Shown: in pieces, positions 23,095 to 33,974 of the stretch
Layout: every line of letters begins with the position of its first letter
How positions within the stretch are numbered: position 1 is the stretch's first letter
From: Azolla caroliniana
Lineage: Eukaryota; Plantae; Polypodiophyta
Assembly (NCBI GenBank): GCA_043228905.1
Contig: JBHGNT010000002.1
Location: forward strand, 19,778,001 to 19,842,000
Length of the DNA stretch: 64,000 nt
Reading direction: 5' to 3'
Made by a program: the position numbers and the translations under genes
Notes under the pieces: generated by a model
What the model was told of the DNA's origin: nothing
What the model saw: the letters and a program-made list of their open reading frames with translations, nothing else
Databases searched by the model: none

Positions 23095-25570
23095 AATACA
23101 TTACCTGACTTGCTCCTTGCTCCCATGTTGGGTAGTTGGCATTTGTGATGTCAGGTATTGGTTCATCTTGTACTCCCAAGATGAAAAATTGCTCCGGTCT
23201 AGCTTTTCACTAGGGAGTGAGCTACCCATTTGTGTGTTCATGTTGGTGTTGTGTCTTCTGTTTTGGCTTGTCTTTCTTCAGTCACATACACGTGCTACGT
23301 AGTGGCACTACAATAGTGGATAGTTGGAGTTTTCGTCGCGTTTCAAACACACAATCACTAAGAGTCGAATGTTCTTAGTGGATATGCTAAACCACACGCT
23401 TTGATACCATGTTAATAATTAAGTAATTAACTAAGGGTTAATTAGTCTCTAGTTATGTGAGTAGTTAATCACGTACGTGATTAAGCAGTAGAAGGTTGTG
23501 TGATATGTGTGTGAGAGAGGGAAAGAGGAAGTTACACTTATGAACATTTTAAGCTTAAATGGGGAGATATGATACACATTTTTTTAATTGTGGTTAGACT
23601 CTATGGTGAATGCTAATATCATGTAAATCATAGTTGGAGAACCATATGAGAGAAGAGTGAAATGAAGAAGGTGGATGAAAGATTGCTTTATTGATGGGGT
23701 GTCCAGGTTTGTTAATTAGGGGTTTTAACATGTGTTTTGATGCATCACGATTCTTGCAAATGGATTCTATTGAGAAGTTAGTACTTAGGTTCAATTGGCT
23801 TCATAACTTTTCAAGATGGACGTATGGAAATGGTTGCCCATATGAACTTGGGTTTAACTTTCAATCTAATATGCAATTCAAGCAAACTTGGGGTAGGTTG
23901 GATATAATGAATGCACACATGATAAGCCATTTTTGCGTGAGTTTCTTCAAATGTCACTTGAACAAGATGTGTGTCATCCAATCATTTTCCCATATATTTT
24001 GAGTTCAAACCACATACATTAGATATATACAAATCTTTTCTTGAAAGGCACCCTTTCATATTAAACTCTCTTTTGTTGTTACATTATTTATTTGGTGAAT
24101 ATGTGGAACAAATATTGGTTGCCTTTTCGCAACACTTTCATGTCACACCCATGGAAATTGGGCCTAGTTAATGATGCCATAAATGAAATCCATCTATATT
24201 TTCAAAACCATGTTTTTTGTCCTCTAACAAACCTTTGACAAAGAGAAATGGACATAAAGGTAAAAGTAGTGTAAGCTTAGTCTTAAATCCTATGAAAAGA
24301 TTGATTGATTTGATTAGGTGATGCATGTTGATAACGTGAATAAGAAAGTTTCCCATAGTGGTAGAGGTAAACCAAAATCACCAACTTTCTAAATCTTATA
24401 TGGAGCCCCCATCTCATTGATGCAATTTGGCTTCACTTGTACATGCAATCATATATCAATGCTTTATCTTCAAGCATTGTTATGAATAAATTATCACACC
24501 ATCTTTATCATAGCTCACAATCTCCACCAAGACAAATTGACCCATATCTTCATCAAAGCCATCTCCCCTAGTTTAGGTTCGTAGTGGTCTTGCTTGTCAT
24601 GAACATCTATACATGTATGTATGTATAATGTATGCTTTAACCAATACATTGTTAGTTCATATATAATATATTGCTATCAAATAATCTAAGTTATAGATTT
24701 ATTATTACACGATGTCGGCAATGCATGATCACTAAGGGACACACTTGCATGAATGCCAAGTGGCGATCATGCTTATGCTTGTAGAGTGATGAGAATGAAC
24801 ATGTCCAAAACATACTATATAAACACGCACTCCAGTTCAACATTGATCTTCGACGTATTCTTATAATCTTGTCATTCTTGTTAATATAACTATATTCTCA
24901 TCTTATTTCTCTTTCCTATTCTTATTCTCTTCTATCTTGTATCTTGTTATTCTCGATGGCTTGATAGTTTGAATTGGAATTATTCTCTTTTTCTTTCAAG
25001 AGTTTTTTCAAGCGTTATCATCACAATGAAGTTTGTAAGCAACCAATAGTACACGTGTGTTCTCTTTGGAATTGTTTGTCTATCAACCAAATTTATGGCA
25101 TTTGAGCAAGAAAACCAAATATTGTTGGGGGACTTAAAAAAAATAAAAGTGGAAAAGGCACAAGATGACAAGCTATCGAAACACATTTTCCAACTTGAAG
25201 TGACTCTATGTCATGATAAAATGTGCATATTGACCCAAAAAAGATTTGAACCCATAAACTTACAATACATGTATCAAAGCCTTACCATTGAAATAACTAT
25301 TACAATACTTAACTTCTTATTTCATGTACTATTCCACTTAGGTCTTAGAACTTTAATCTAGAAAACTCATGAATAGTCTAGAATATTTTAGAATACTTTG
25401 GAACATTCTAGAAAATCTAGGAATACTCCTGAAGGCCATATAAATCGAGGTATATTGTATTGTTCAAACCAATTCGGTTCAATGCTAGTCCTAAGCCTCT
25501 AAGCTATTCATATCTTTGTACTCCATTTCTATAATATATTTTCGCTTTATCATACTCTCTCTCTCTCTCT

Positions 25571-26253
25571 AGAATTGCATGAGAAGCAAGAAAAAAGAAC
25601 CAATTGACTTATAAAAAGCGAAATTTTGTGTTTCGATTGGATGCATGATACGAAAAAATGGTTTGGTAAATGGGATGCAACACACTTGCTTCATGATGCA
25701 TCACTAGATTCCTCTGTAAATGAGGCCTTTTTGCAACGCCAATGTATCATGACATGGGACAAATGTGGAGGCTCACGATTCGCATATTACACTATACATG
25801 TTGTATCTAACTACAAAACCATATTCTTCGCAGAACGGGGAAACTGTCACATCGATACATGTTAGGGCCCATCCCATTGTCTACCATTTGGACCATTGCT
25901 TCCTGTGATTTAACTCACATGCATTGCGACGTGAGATGGGGCATTGTGGCACAGGTGATAAGAGTGGTCAACTATGCACATTTTGCCCTAAACAAGTTTG
26001 ACAGTCTGAGTATCACACTTTGATACAATGCTCTGCCTTTGATCATATTCAACCATGCTTTCAACACATATTTGACCAAACCCAATCCTGCACGAATTCC
26101 TCTCACAACCACAATGTGTACTCTTGATTGCAACATTCACAGGTAAAGTTCATGAACATTGAGAGTCGCTACTCACATTCACATGTATTACGTGAAATGT
26201 AATATTTTTTGTTTCATAGGTCATATTTGACCTCCAAAGACAATAATAGAATC
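25571..26253 (+). mobile_element. 5'-truncated LINE family B copy 1, flanked on both sides by (CT)n
   Basis: Collinear with the reverse complement of 53709-54392 (FLQRQCIMTWDKCGG..; HAL.CE.G..G.SD.SG). Ends in the AGGTCA-TATT-TGACCT hairpin plus a (CT)n tail. Confidence 0.85.
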
Positions 26254-26859
26254 TCTCTCTCTCTCTCTCTCTCATGCTCTTAACATATATTGCTTCACAA
26301 GGAACATATCATGACTACCAATATATCACATAAAGAGTCAAATCCATGACCTTGGGGGGAACATGGACTAAGCTCAATCAAACCAAAAACATATTCAATA
26401 TTCAACTCATGCATTTTAGAGTGAAACTTATTTAAAGAGGTTTGCAATTAGGATGAAGCATCATTGTTCAACAACAATTTTCTACTCCCTATTTGTATTT
26501 AGTTGTAACTATTTTCATACTTTGAATAAGTTAGTCTATCTATTTTACATTGTCTATCTCTTCAAACTCTGTCAATCTACCCCATTCATTCTTCTTTTCT
26601 CTTTTCATGTTTTGTCAAATTCAACAAGAATTTGCCTCTTATAGCCATGAATGTTATTTCTCCGCAATAATACTTGTTTTTGTCCTCTTTGAGCTCGAGT
26701 GCTTAAAAAGCAAGTTCATACCACTCCAACAAGAGAGTCAAAGCTTGCAAGGGTATCCACAACAAGTCAACATGGAGATGCGACAACAACATAAATAGTT
26801 GACGTAACAAGTGCAATAGTTGGGATTAGCAATGACAACTATGCAACAACATGAACATA

Positions 26860-27140
26860 ATGTTGTGCAAAAGAGCCAAAGATTAGCCTTCCAGTGAAGT
26901 TTGATGGCATGCACTCACAATTTGGAGGGTTCTTGATTCATGCACAATTGGTAATTCAAATGAATCCCATTTGTTACCCCATCAATACATCTTGAGTTAG
27001 TTTAGTAGGCACATTATTTAGTGGTTCAACATTACCTTGGTTTGCACCATCTCTAGAAAAAGGCCCTCTATTATTAAATGATTTTGAAGAATTCATTGAG
27101 GAATTCAAATATTGTTTTGGAGACACTACCTATGCATTGG
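26860..27140 (+). mobile_element. Degenerate Ty3/gypsy gag fragment (Retrotrans_gag-like)
   Basis: Frameshifted EPKISLPVKFDG..FGGFL..QLVIQMNPICYP..LVGTLFSGSTLPWFAPSLEKGPLLLNDFEEFIEEF. Confidence 0.65.
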
Positions 27141-27339
27141 TTGCTCCCATCCCAATGGAAATTGAAGCAATTCATCAAAAGGGTCCTTTATCAGATGAAG
27201 AAAAAAGATGGCATAAAGAAAATTGTTTGTGCTTACATATTGTGGTGGTCCATGGCTCGTAGTTGGGAATTGTCCTTGCCGAATCTGAATTGGCATGAGG
27301 TCCAATAGTCAAAATTGATTTGACTAGAAGATTGACAAG

Positions 27340-27522
27340 AGCCGAAAAGGACTAGCCGCTTCAACTATCGGCCTCTTCAACCGACCGACCTACTGGCCTT
27401 TAGCCGATTCGACTCATGTTGAGCTTGTCTCTCAACACTCCCCCTCAAGCTCAACTTGAGGTTCCTCCTACTCTATCGATTCTTCGCTCCAGCTTCTCCT
27501 GGCTTCATGCCTCCTTGCTCGT
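27340..27522 (-). mobile_element. 3' end of a copia element (LTR edge plus PPT) that received gypsy G3
   Basis: CATGTTGAGCTTGTCTCTCAACA-CTCCCCCTCAAG, the same LTR/PPT junction as C2 at 18745-18778. Confidence 0.65.
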
Positions 27523-30500
27523 TGTCGTGAAGTTTCCGACACATAGTGAGAAACCGGGAGATATTGGAGGGATCGGCGAGGTGCAACGTGTGCACCCATC
27601 CTTGTAAATTTGTATAGGGAATAGGGGTGCCTTTATGGCGTCGAACGACAATAATTACGGGACAAAGAATCCCATGTATCGTGGGTTTATCTCACATTCC
27701 ACGCGACCCTCACCTTGTTCTATAAAAGGGAGGGCGTGCCCTTTGTATAGGGGTTCCCAGTTTTCCTTCGTGTGGGTTCCATTTTGTTCTCTATAATATA
27801 ACATTACGTTTTTTGTTTCTACCTCTGTGTCGTCTTGCTCTCTCTTCTCTGTCTCTCCTAAGGTCTCGTGTGCTCTCGTTGAGGGTCTTCTGTGTTTGTT
27901 CAGTTTCGTCTTAGTCTCACTCTATTTCTGTTAGGGTTCCGTCGAGGCACTTTCTTTGTGCTCTCCGATTTCTGATAGGTCTCGCTTATGTGCGTGAGAG
28001 GGCGTGCACGCTCAAGTGCGGCAGACAGAGCGTGGGCTGCCTTCGCCGCTTCTTGGCCTCTGTCGTTCCTGATGTGCCATGCGCTAAGCTTATTGACCGA
28101 AGGTTCCCTCCTTGGCACCCAAGTCCCAACTCAGGTTAGCGAGCCCGTGCGCTCCCGGCGGGCGACTTGGCGACAGGAGGCGGTTGTTCAAGGAAGGGGT
28201 GTGTCCTGCACGAGGATCCTGTCACGCGATAGAGCCCAAGTGCTCCCCGACCGGTCCTGGGATGCAGGCTCCCTCTTCCTCTCTGTGCAGAACCGGCGTC
28301 GTGTGCGTAGGCGTAGGTGTGTTTCTTGGTAGCTTAGGGTCCGTGTGTGTGAGGTTGAGTTATAACCAGTGCCGAAGAGCCGGTCAAAACTGGATGTATA
28401 TGTGTGCGCGCGGGCGCGGTTAGCCGGGCCGTGACCCGTGCCTGTTTTGGGCCCTTGTACATACGCACTGAAGGGCAATGAAGATGAGCGCACGTCTTCT
28501 CACTCCACGAACGGTTATCGGTTGTAGCCGAGAAGAAATCGGCAATGCGGCAAGATCCCAAGGACTGACAGTCTCCTCTCTCTTGGTCCATGACCCCGGT
28601 GGTCCCGCTTGGATCCAACATGCGAGCGTAGAATCCCGCGACATATTTGGTGAAACCGACGTGAAAGGCGACGACGGAGAGTGGAGTTGGAGGCCGAAGA
28701 CTTTGAGGGGAGGAGTCGAGGAGCAGCGCATTGTCATGAGCGAGATCGAACGAGTCAACCGTTACAGCGGCAGGGAGGGTGCGAAACGAATTTCCCTCTC
28801 TTACATAATGAGAAAGACCGACCGGGCGAAGGTCGGGAATCGGGAAGAAGATGATCGAGGGTGCGGAATGAGTCCGGCAGGATCGACATCGGAGCCGAAA
28901 CTCCGGACATTGGAGAATCAAGCCTAGATAGGGCTTGATCGATCATAGAGCGGCTGCTTCCACCGACACCACTAAAAGGGTCGGTGGCCCGAACGAGTCG
29001 TCGGGAGTCATTACGAAATCGGTGGAACCAACTTCTTGACCGGAGACTTCGGCAGTTCGGCTGGCGTGGCAACGTGAGACCGAAAGAGAAGGGAGATGGA
29101 GGCGGGAGCACAGCAAGGAGAGCGACGAGGAGTTCGGGAGAAGTACAAGGGATGAAGTGAAAAACGAAGAGCCGGTCCTATGGGTCACCTCACACCGAGC
29201 TAGAGACTTCGGCGGTCGGCATCGAATCCGACGTAAGACCAAGATACTGACGGTGGTGGCAGGAGAACGGAACCCGGCAATCCAGAGAGTGAAGGACGAG
29301 AACCGGGAGAGTGGCCTTCCGGATAACCGATCCGGAAGGGAGGAAAAGAAGTCAGTACGATGGTACCATGGGAGAGGGCGCGGAGCAAGCCGCCCTCTCG
29401 ACATGCAGAGAAGGACGACCCATGATAGGGTCGTGATGACAAATCAAGGGCAGGAGAAGGATCTTCCACATCGGCTCCGGAGACTTTGGCTGTGCAAGCC
29501 GGCGAGGCAACGTAAGACCAAGGAAAAGGACGGTGGCGGCGAGGTGACGAAGGCAAGAACAACAAAGAAGGTATCCGGCCGGCGAGGCGGCCATGAACTG
29601 AATCAAACCTTCCGGTGAGGTCGAATGAGGATAAGGAAGACCCGGTCCTATGGGGTCCTCACACCACTCCGGAGACCTTGGCAGTGCAAGCCGGTGAGGC
29701 GATGTGAGACCAAGGAGAAGGACGGTGGTGGCAAGAATCGGGACCTAGCAACGCAGAAGATACGAGGAGAGTCAGGAGCGACTCAAACAAAAGACACCCG
29801 AATTTTGGCAAGCAACGAAACGAAGACCGGTCCTATGGGATCTTCACAACGGTCCGAAGACTCCGGATGTTCGGCCAACGTGGCAATCAAGGGCCGAATT
29901 GGAGCACGACTAAAGGACAGCACGCATGCGATGGTGCCGGGAACGCGGAAAGGGATGTGCGGAGGACTGCACGGGTCAGAGACCGGCAAAGATATACAGG
30001 CCGGAGAAGGATCTTCCATGCCCGCTTTGGAGATCTCGGCGGCTTAGTCAGAGTGGCAACGACTGGCGTGGCAAGCCAAGCCCGAGATGACAAGCTGGTG
30101 GGGGTGAGGGGACGACGGCGAGCGAAAGGCTTCAACCCGGCGGCAGTGGCACAAGACGAAAGAGGGCCAAGCAGGCTACTACGGGTATTCCTCGGACGCA
30201 GAGGACAACCACAGGCAAAAGGGAAGCGGTGGTGCCGGGACTTTGCACGCACCGACTCTGGAGACTACGGCATTCGGCCCGAGAGCCCGTGTGAGACCGA
30301 GAGTGACAGACGGTAGCGGCGGCAAAGACGGCAACCAAGACAACGCAACGACGGACTGAGGCCAAGCGAGCCGTTACAGGCGCTCCTCGAGCGGAGGACC
30401 CCGGGCTTACGACGGATAGCGGAGCGTGCATTCGGCCAAGTGAAGGGCCAACAGCGAAGCACGCGTACTACGGGACTGCGGCAGACGACCTGTCGACGGG

Positions 30501-30865
30501 TCGAACGAGCCTACGAGAAGGCAAGCGCGAGGAAGAACCGGAGCCAATGGTTCAAACCTGGCAGCGATCGACCCGGCAAGCCGGGATGCAGACGCGAAAG
30601 ACCGGTTTCTCACCGGCCGGAATCCTTCTCCCTTCTCCGGAATTGGCACGTACCGATGGACATGCGGTTTGGTGGGGGCGAATGTTGTGAAGTTTCCGAC
30701 ACATAGTGAGAAACCGGGAGATATTGGAGGGATCGACGAGGTGCAACGTGTGCACCCATCCTTGTAAATTTGTATAGGGAATAGGGGCGCCTTTATGGCG
30801 CCGAACGACAATAATTACAGGATAGAGAATCCCATGTATCGTGGGTTTATTCTCACATTCCACGT
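27523..30865 (+). mobile_element. Non-autonomous gypsy-lineage element G3 (LARD/TRIM-like)
   Basis: 5' LTR 27523-28643 (TGTCG..CGACA), tRNA-Trp-type PBS TGGTGAAACCGACGTGAA at 28648-28665, about 2 kb of GC-rich internal sequence without pol, and PPT GGTGGGGGCGAA. The 3' LTR starts at 30683 and is cut at 30865. Confidence 0.85.
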
Positions 30866-31184
30866 TGTCGTGATGATTTTTGGCTACGGTGTGAAACCGA
30901 GTGAGACGAATAAACCAAGGATGTGCAACATTGCACATATACTTAGCAAATAAGCCTAAGGCCTAGTGGCACTTGAGTTCATATAGAGGGGTGCAAGCAA
31001 GGTTTGAACCTTGCACCTCTAAGATACAAGATGATTGCCTTACCACTAGGACACCTATCATATAGTGTAAGTTTTATGTATTTCCTTTTCATATACGAAT
31101 TATAGATGAAGCAACCATAGAAAACCATGTGCACAAAACCATGGTTCTAAACCCATGGTTTGTGCATGACATAAGCAAAACCGT
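30866..31184 (-). mobile_element. LTR end (G4) of the same gypsy lineage in reverse orientation, interrupted by G1
   Basis: Starts TGTCGTGAT after ACGT and resembles the reverse complement of the 3' end of the 60081-62177 solo LTR. Confidence 0.5.
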
Positions 31185-31847
31185 TGTCGTGAAGAAAACC
31201 GTCCACGAGCGGAATCGGTGCGCCGGAGCATAGGAACCGGCTCTTCATGAACGTACGCCGTATGTTGTACATAGAAGATCCTATGTAGGTAGATTCGGTA
31301 GGTAGGAAGTTAATGAGAAACGGCTCCTTCCTTGCCTATAAAAGAAGGAAGACGAGGAGGGGGTGCGGATCGTAGAATCAGAGAGGACGAAGTGTTGTCG
31401 GGCTATCGGTCGAAGGCTCCTCTCTCTTCCATACTCCATAGCTTCTTTCTGTGCAGGTTTCGTGAGGCTCGCGCTGCTCTGAGGAATGCCCGAGTGCTTC
31501 CGGCAGCACCTCCAACCTACTCTTTCCTTTCTGAGCGTTCGCGAACAGGCATCGGCATCTGTTCGCCAGCCTGTTCCGTTGTAACCGACTTCGTGTCTTG
31601 TTGTTTGTCTTTGTTAATACATACATAGATTCGTGTCTCTCTGTGTCGCTGTCCCACTCGCGTCTTCGTGTCGAAGGGCCGTGTCCCTGTGAATCTACGT
31701 TCGCACCTCGTGGGTCTCTTCCCCTCTCCTTTCTCCCTTGCTCTTCGGTACAGGATCCCCGAGGTCCCGCCTCATTCCACGCATCCGCGAGGAATACCTT
31801 GACATCTTGGTGAACCTGACGTGAAGGAGGCGGCAGAAGAGCAGAAG

Positions 31848-33974
31848 ATGAAAGGGTTGGATCTTGCGGAGGCCATGGCTTCGGCCGTGGATCGGATATT
31901 GAGCGCACGCGAGGGCTCCGACGCCCTCAACAGAGCCATTGAGGCGGTTGTCGGTACGATCGGCCGGTTCAGCGGAAAGGATGATACGAAGTATTTGGCG
32001 TCCTACGGGGCAGAAATGCTGATGTGGGACATTCCGGAAGAGAGGCGTCTTGCCAGGTTCCCTCGAGTGGCGATGCCGAGCATCCATGCGAAGGTGCTCG
32101 AGGTACGGGCGGAGAGCCGTACCTGGGAGGAGTTCGAGGGTCGACTCCTAGAAAGATACGGGCTGGACGATGCGCTCCGACTTTCGGAACGGGACTTCAT
32201 GGAATGGGTGGAGTCCCCCGGCAAGGGAAGAAACGTGTCGGCACTCCTCCGGGAGTTTGAGGAACGCTTTGCGCGCCTTTCGGCGCTTGACCGAACCGTT
32301 CTGGATACGAGCCGGGTCCTATTGTTCGTCAAGTCGGTGGACGAGCGGGACCGGGATCAAGTCGGCTCCTTGCTGGAAACCGAAGACGGGCTGACGACCG
32401 ACTGGGCTGCGGTTAAGAGAGTCTGTGGCCGTTTCGACAAACGGCGAGAATGGGCTGACAACGGGGCGGCTGGTGCGGGCTCTATCACAGCAAGGAGGCT
32501 TGAACCGGCACCGCAAGGGCGAGGGGAAGAAACCCGGGAATGGCTCGAAATCGGTCCGGCTTCGACCGGCCAGGTCAATGGCTCGTCCGGAGGAACAACG
32601 CTGGAGGAGTTGACGCGGGCGATAAAGGACCTCCAAATCGCCCAGACTCGAAGGGAAGGCGGCGAACCGGCTCGTGACCGACGGCCGGCAGTAGGGAACA
32701 GGTGTATGTGGTGCGACGAGGTTGGCCACATTCGGAAGGACTGCGGCGATTTCGCAGAGGCGTTGAGGGACCGGGTGGTGTACCTGTGGGAAGGCCGGGT
32801 GCATGCCGACGACACCAGAAGGGCCCTAAACCGAAACGACGGGCGAGGAGGTATGAAGAGACTGATGGAAGAGGCAGCGGCCCGACACGTGGAGGCTATC
32901 CACTACTCGGCGTCGGCCGACATTCGGGTCGGGGGCAGCGAGGTCCGAAAGGAGAGCAAAGACGGATTCTGGTCGGCAATGCTGGAAGGCCTCGCCGGCG
33001 CACGGTTGAGGAAAGACAAAGCGGACCGCGCCGAGAAACGGGTCCGGGAAGTAACCGGGTGGAGCAACCCGGTCGAGGAGAAGACGGGCTTCGTAGAAGC
33101 CGCCTGTCGGAACTACGAGGCTCTAGTAGAAGACAAACGAGCGGGGAAAGCCGGATCAGCCGGGCCCTCACAACGATACGAGACCCGATTCGGGCAACGA
33201 CGGAACGATGCCGGTGGGTCCAGCGCGCAAGATAACCCCAGGAAGGGCGGATACCGACTGGGGAAGGAAATAGAAAGGACCACGGACCTACGGAAGGTCC
33301 TAGAAGAATGGATCCTACACAGCAAAGTGGAGCTGTCATTACGGGAGGTGCTAGGGATCGCTAAGAAGGAGTTCCACGACTCCATTGTGGACTTGGTGAA
33401 GCAGAAGAGGCTGTCGACGGAGACGGAACCGGAGAGACCGGTGGAGGTGCGAATGACACACATCGACGACTCGGCGCTGGCAAATGAGTGGGCGGAGAGC
33501 CACTATTCGAGGCCACACCGGGCCCGAGCGACCACGGAGACCCCGGTAAAGATCGGAGATGTTCAGGAACCGGTGGTAGCATTGGTGGACCACGGTTCGG
33601 AAATAAACCTGATGTCCATGGATTTCTATAAGAAGGGAAAGTGGCCGATCAACACCAAGCACAAGTGGAAGATACGGGCGGCGACACGCGCCACCGAGGA
33701 ACTGCATGGGGCCTGCCCGAACGTGCGAGTCAAGATCGGCGACGTCGAGATTGACCAGCATTTCTTCGTACAGGAGACGTCCTCGCACCCGGTCATATTA
33801 GGGAAACCATACATCACGGCGGCGCAGATGGAGACCAAACTGTTGGACACCGGTTCAGCCTACGCGAGGGTCAAAAGCCAGGACGGGCGCCATTCGGTCC
33901 AATTTCTGACGGTGCGACCGAACCACGAGCGAAACCGTGAAACCCTCAGTGGCGAGAACCGAGAGGATTTTTAG
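31848..33974 (+). CDS. G1 Gag-protease polyprotein (open)
   Basis: Zinc knuckle CMWCDEVGHIRKDC, aspartic protease ALVDHGSEINLM..VILG, ending at G GAT TTT TAG. Confidence 0.88.
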   Translation: MKGLDLAEAMASAVDRILSAREGSDALNRAIEAVVGTIGRFSGKDDTKYLASYGAEMLMWDIPEERRLARFPRVAMPSIHAKVLEVRAESRTWEEFEGRLLERYGLDDALRLSERDFMEWVESPGKGRNVSALLREFEERFARLSALDRTVLDTSRVLLFVKSVDERDRDQVGSLLETEDGLTTDWAAVKRVCGRFDKRREWADNGAAGAGSITARRLEPAPQGRGEETREWLEIGPASTGQVNGSSGGTTLEELTRAIKDLQIAQTRREGGEPARDRRPAVGNRCMWCDEVGHIRKDCGDFAEALRDRVVYLWEGRVHADDTRRALNRNDGRGGMKRLMEEAAARHVEAIHYSASADIRVGGSEVRKESKDGFWSAMLEGLAGARLRKDKADRAEKRVREVTGWSNPVEEKTGFVEAACRNYEALVEDKRAGKAGSAGPSQRYETRFGQRRNDAGGSSAQDNPRKGGYRLGKEIERTTDLRKVLEEWILHSKVELSLREVLGIAKKEFHDSIVDLVKQKRLSTETEPERPVEVRMTHIDDSALANEWAESHYSRPHRARATTETPVKIGDVQEPVVALVDHGSEINLMSMDFYKKGKWPINTKHKWKIRAATRATEELHGACPNVRVKIGDVEIDQHFFVQETSSHPVILGKPYITAAQMETKLLDTGSAYARVKSQDGRHSVQFLTVRPNHERNRETLSGENREDF

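Larger units (their letters stand above)
11810..23547 (-). mobile_element. Degenerate Ty1/copia element C1, host of the DNA transposon and of copia C2
   Basis: 3' LTR about 11810-12281 with PPT (CCCCCCCTCAA on +). RNase H/RT at 12400-13140 and 16882-17420. Protease VWFVDSGTSNHM and gag at 17450-18308 and 23100-23230. tRNA-iMet PBS (TGGTATCAAAGC) at 23398-23409. Truncated 5' LTR 23410-23547 matches 11810-11958. Confidence 0.8.

Noticed and set aside
23560-25400. Possible further retroelement relic
   Set aside because: Only vague pol-like traces; no motif could be reconstructed confidently by eye.
27900-30940. Many overlapping 100-195 aa ORFs on both strands
   Set aside because: GC-rich LTR and internal DNA of G3 with few stops; no recognisable domains apart from a faint gag relic.
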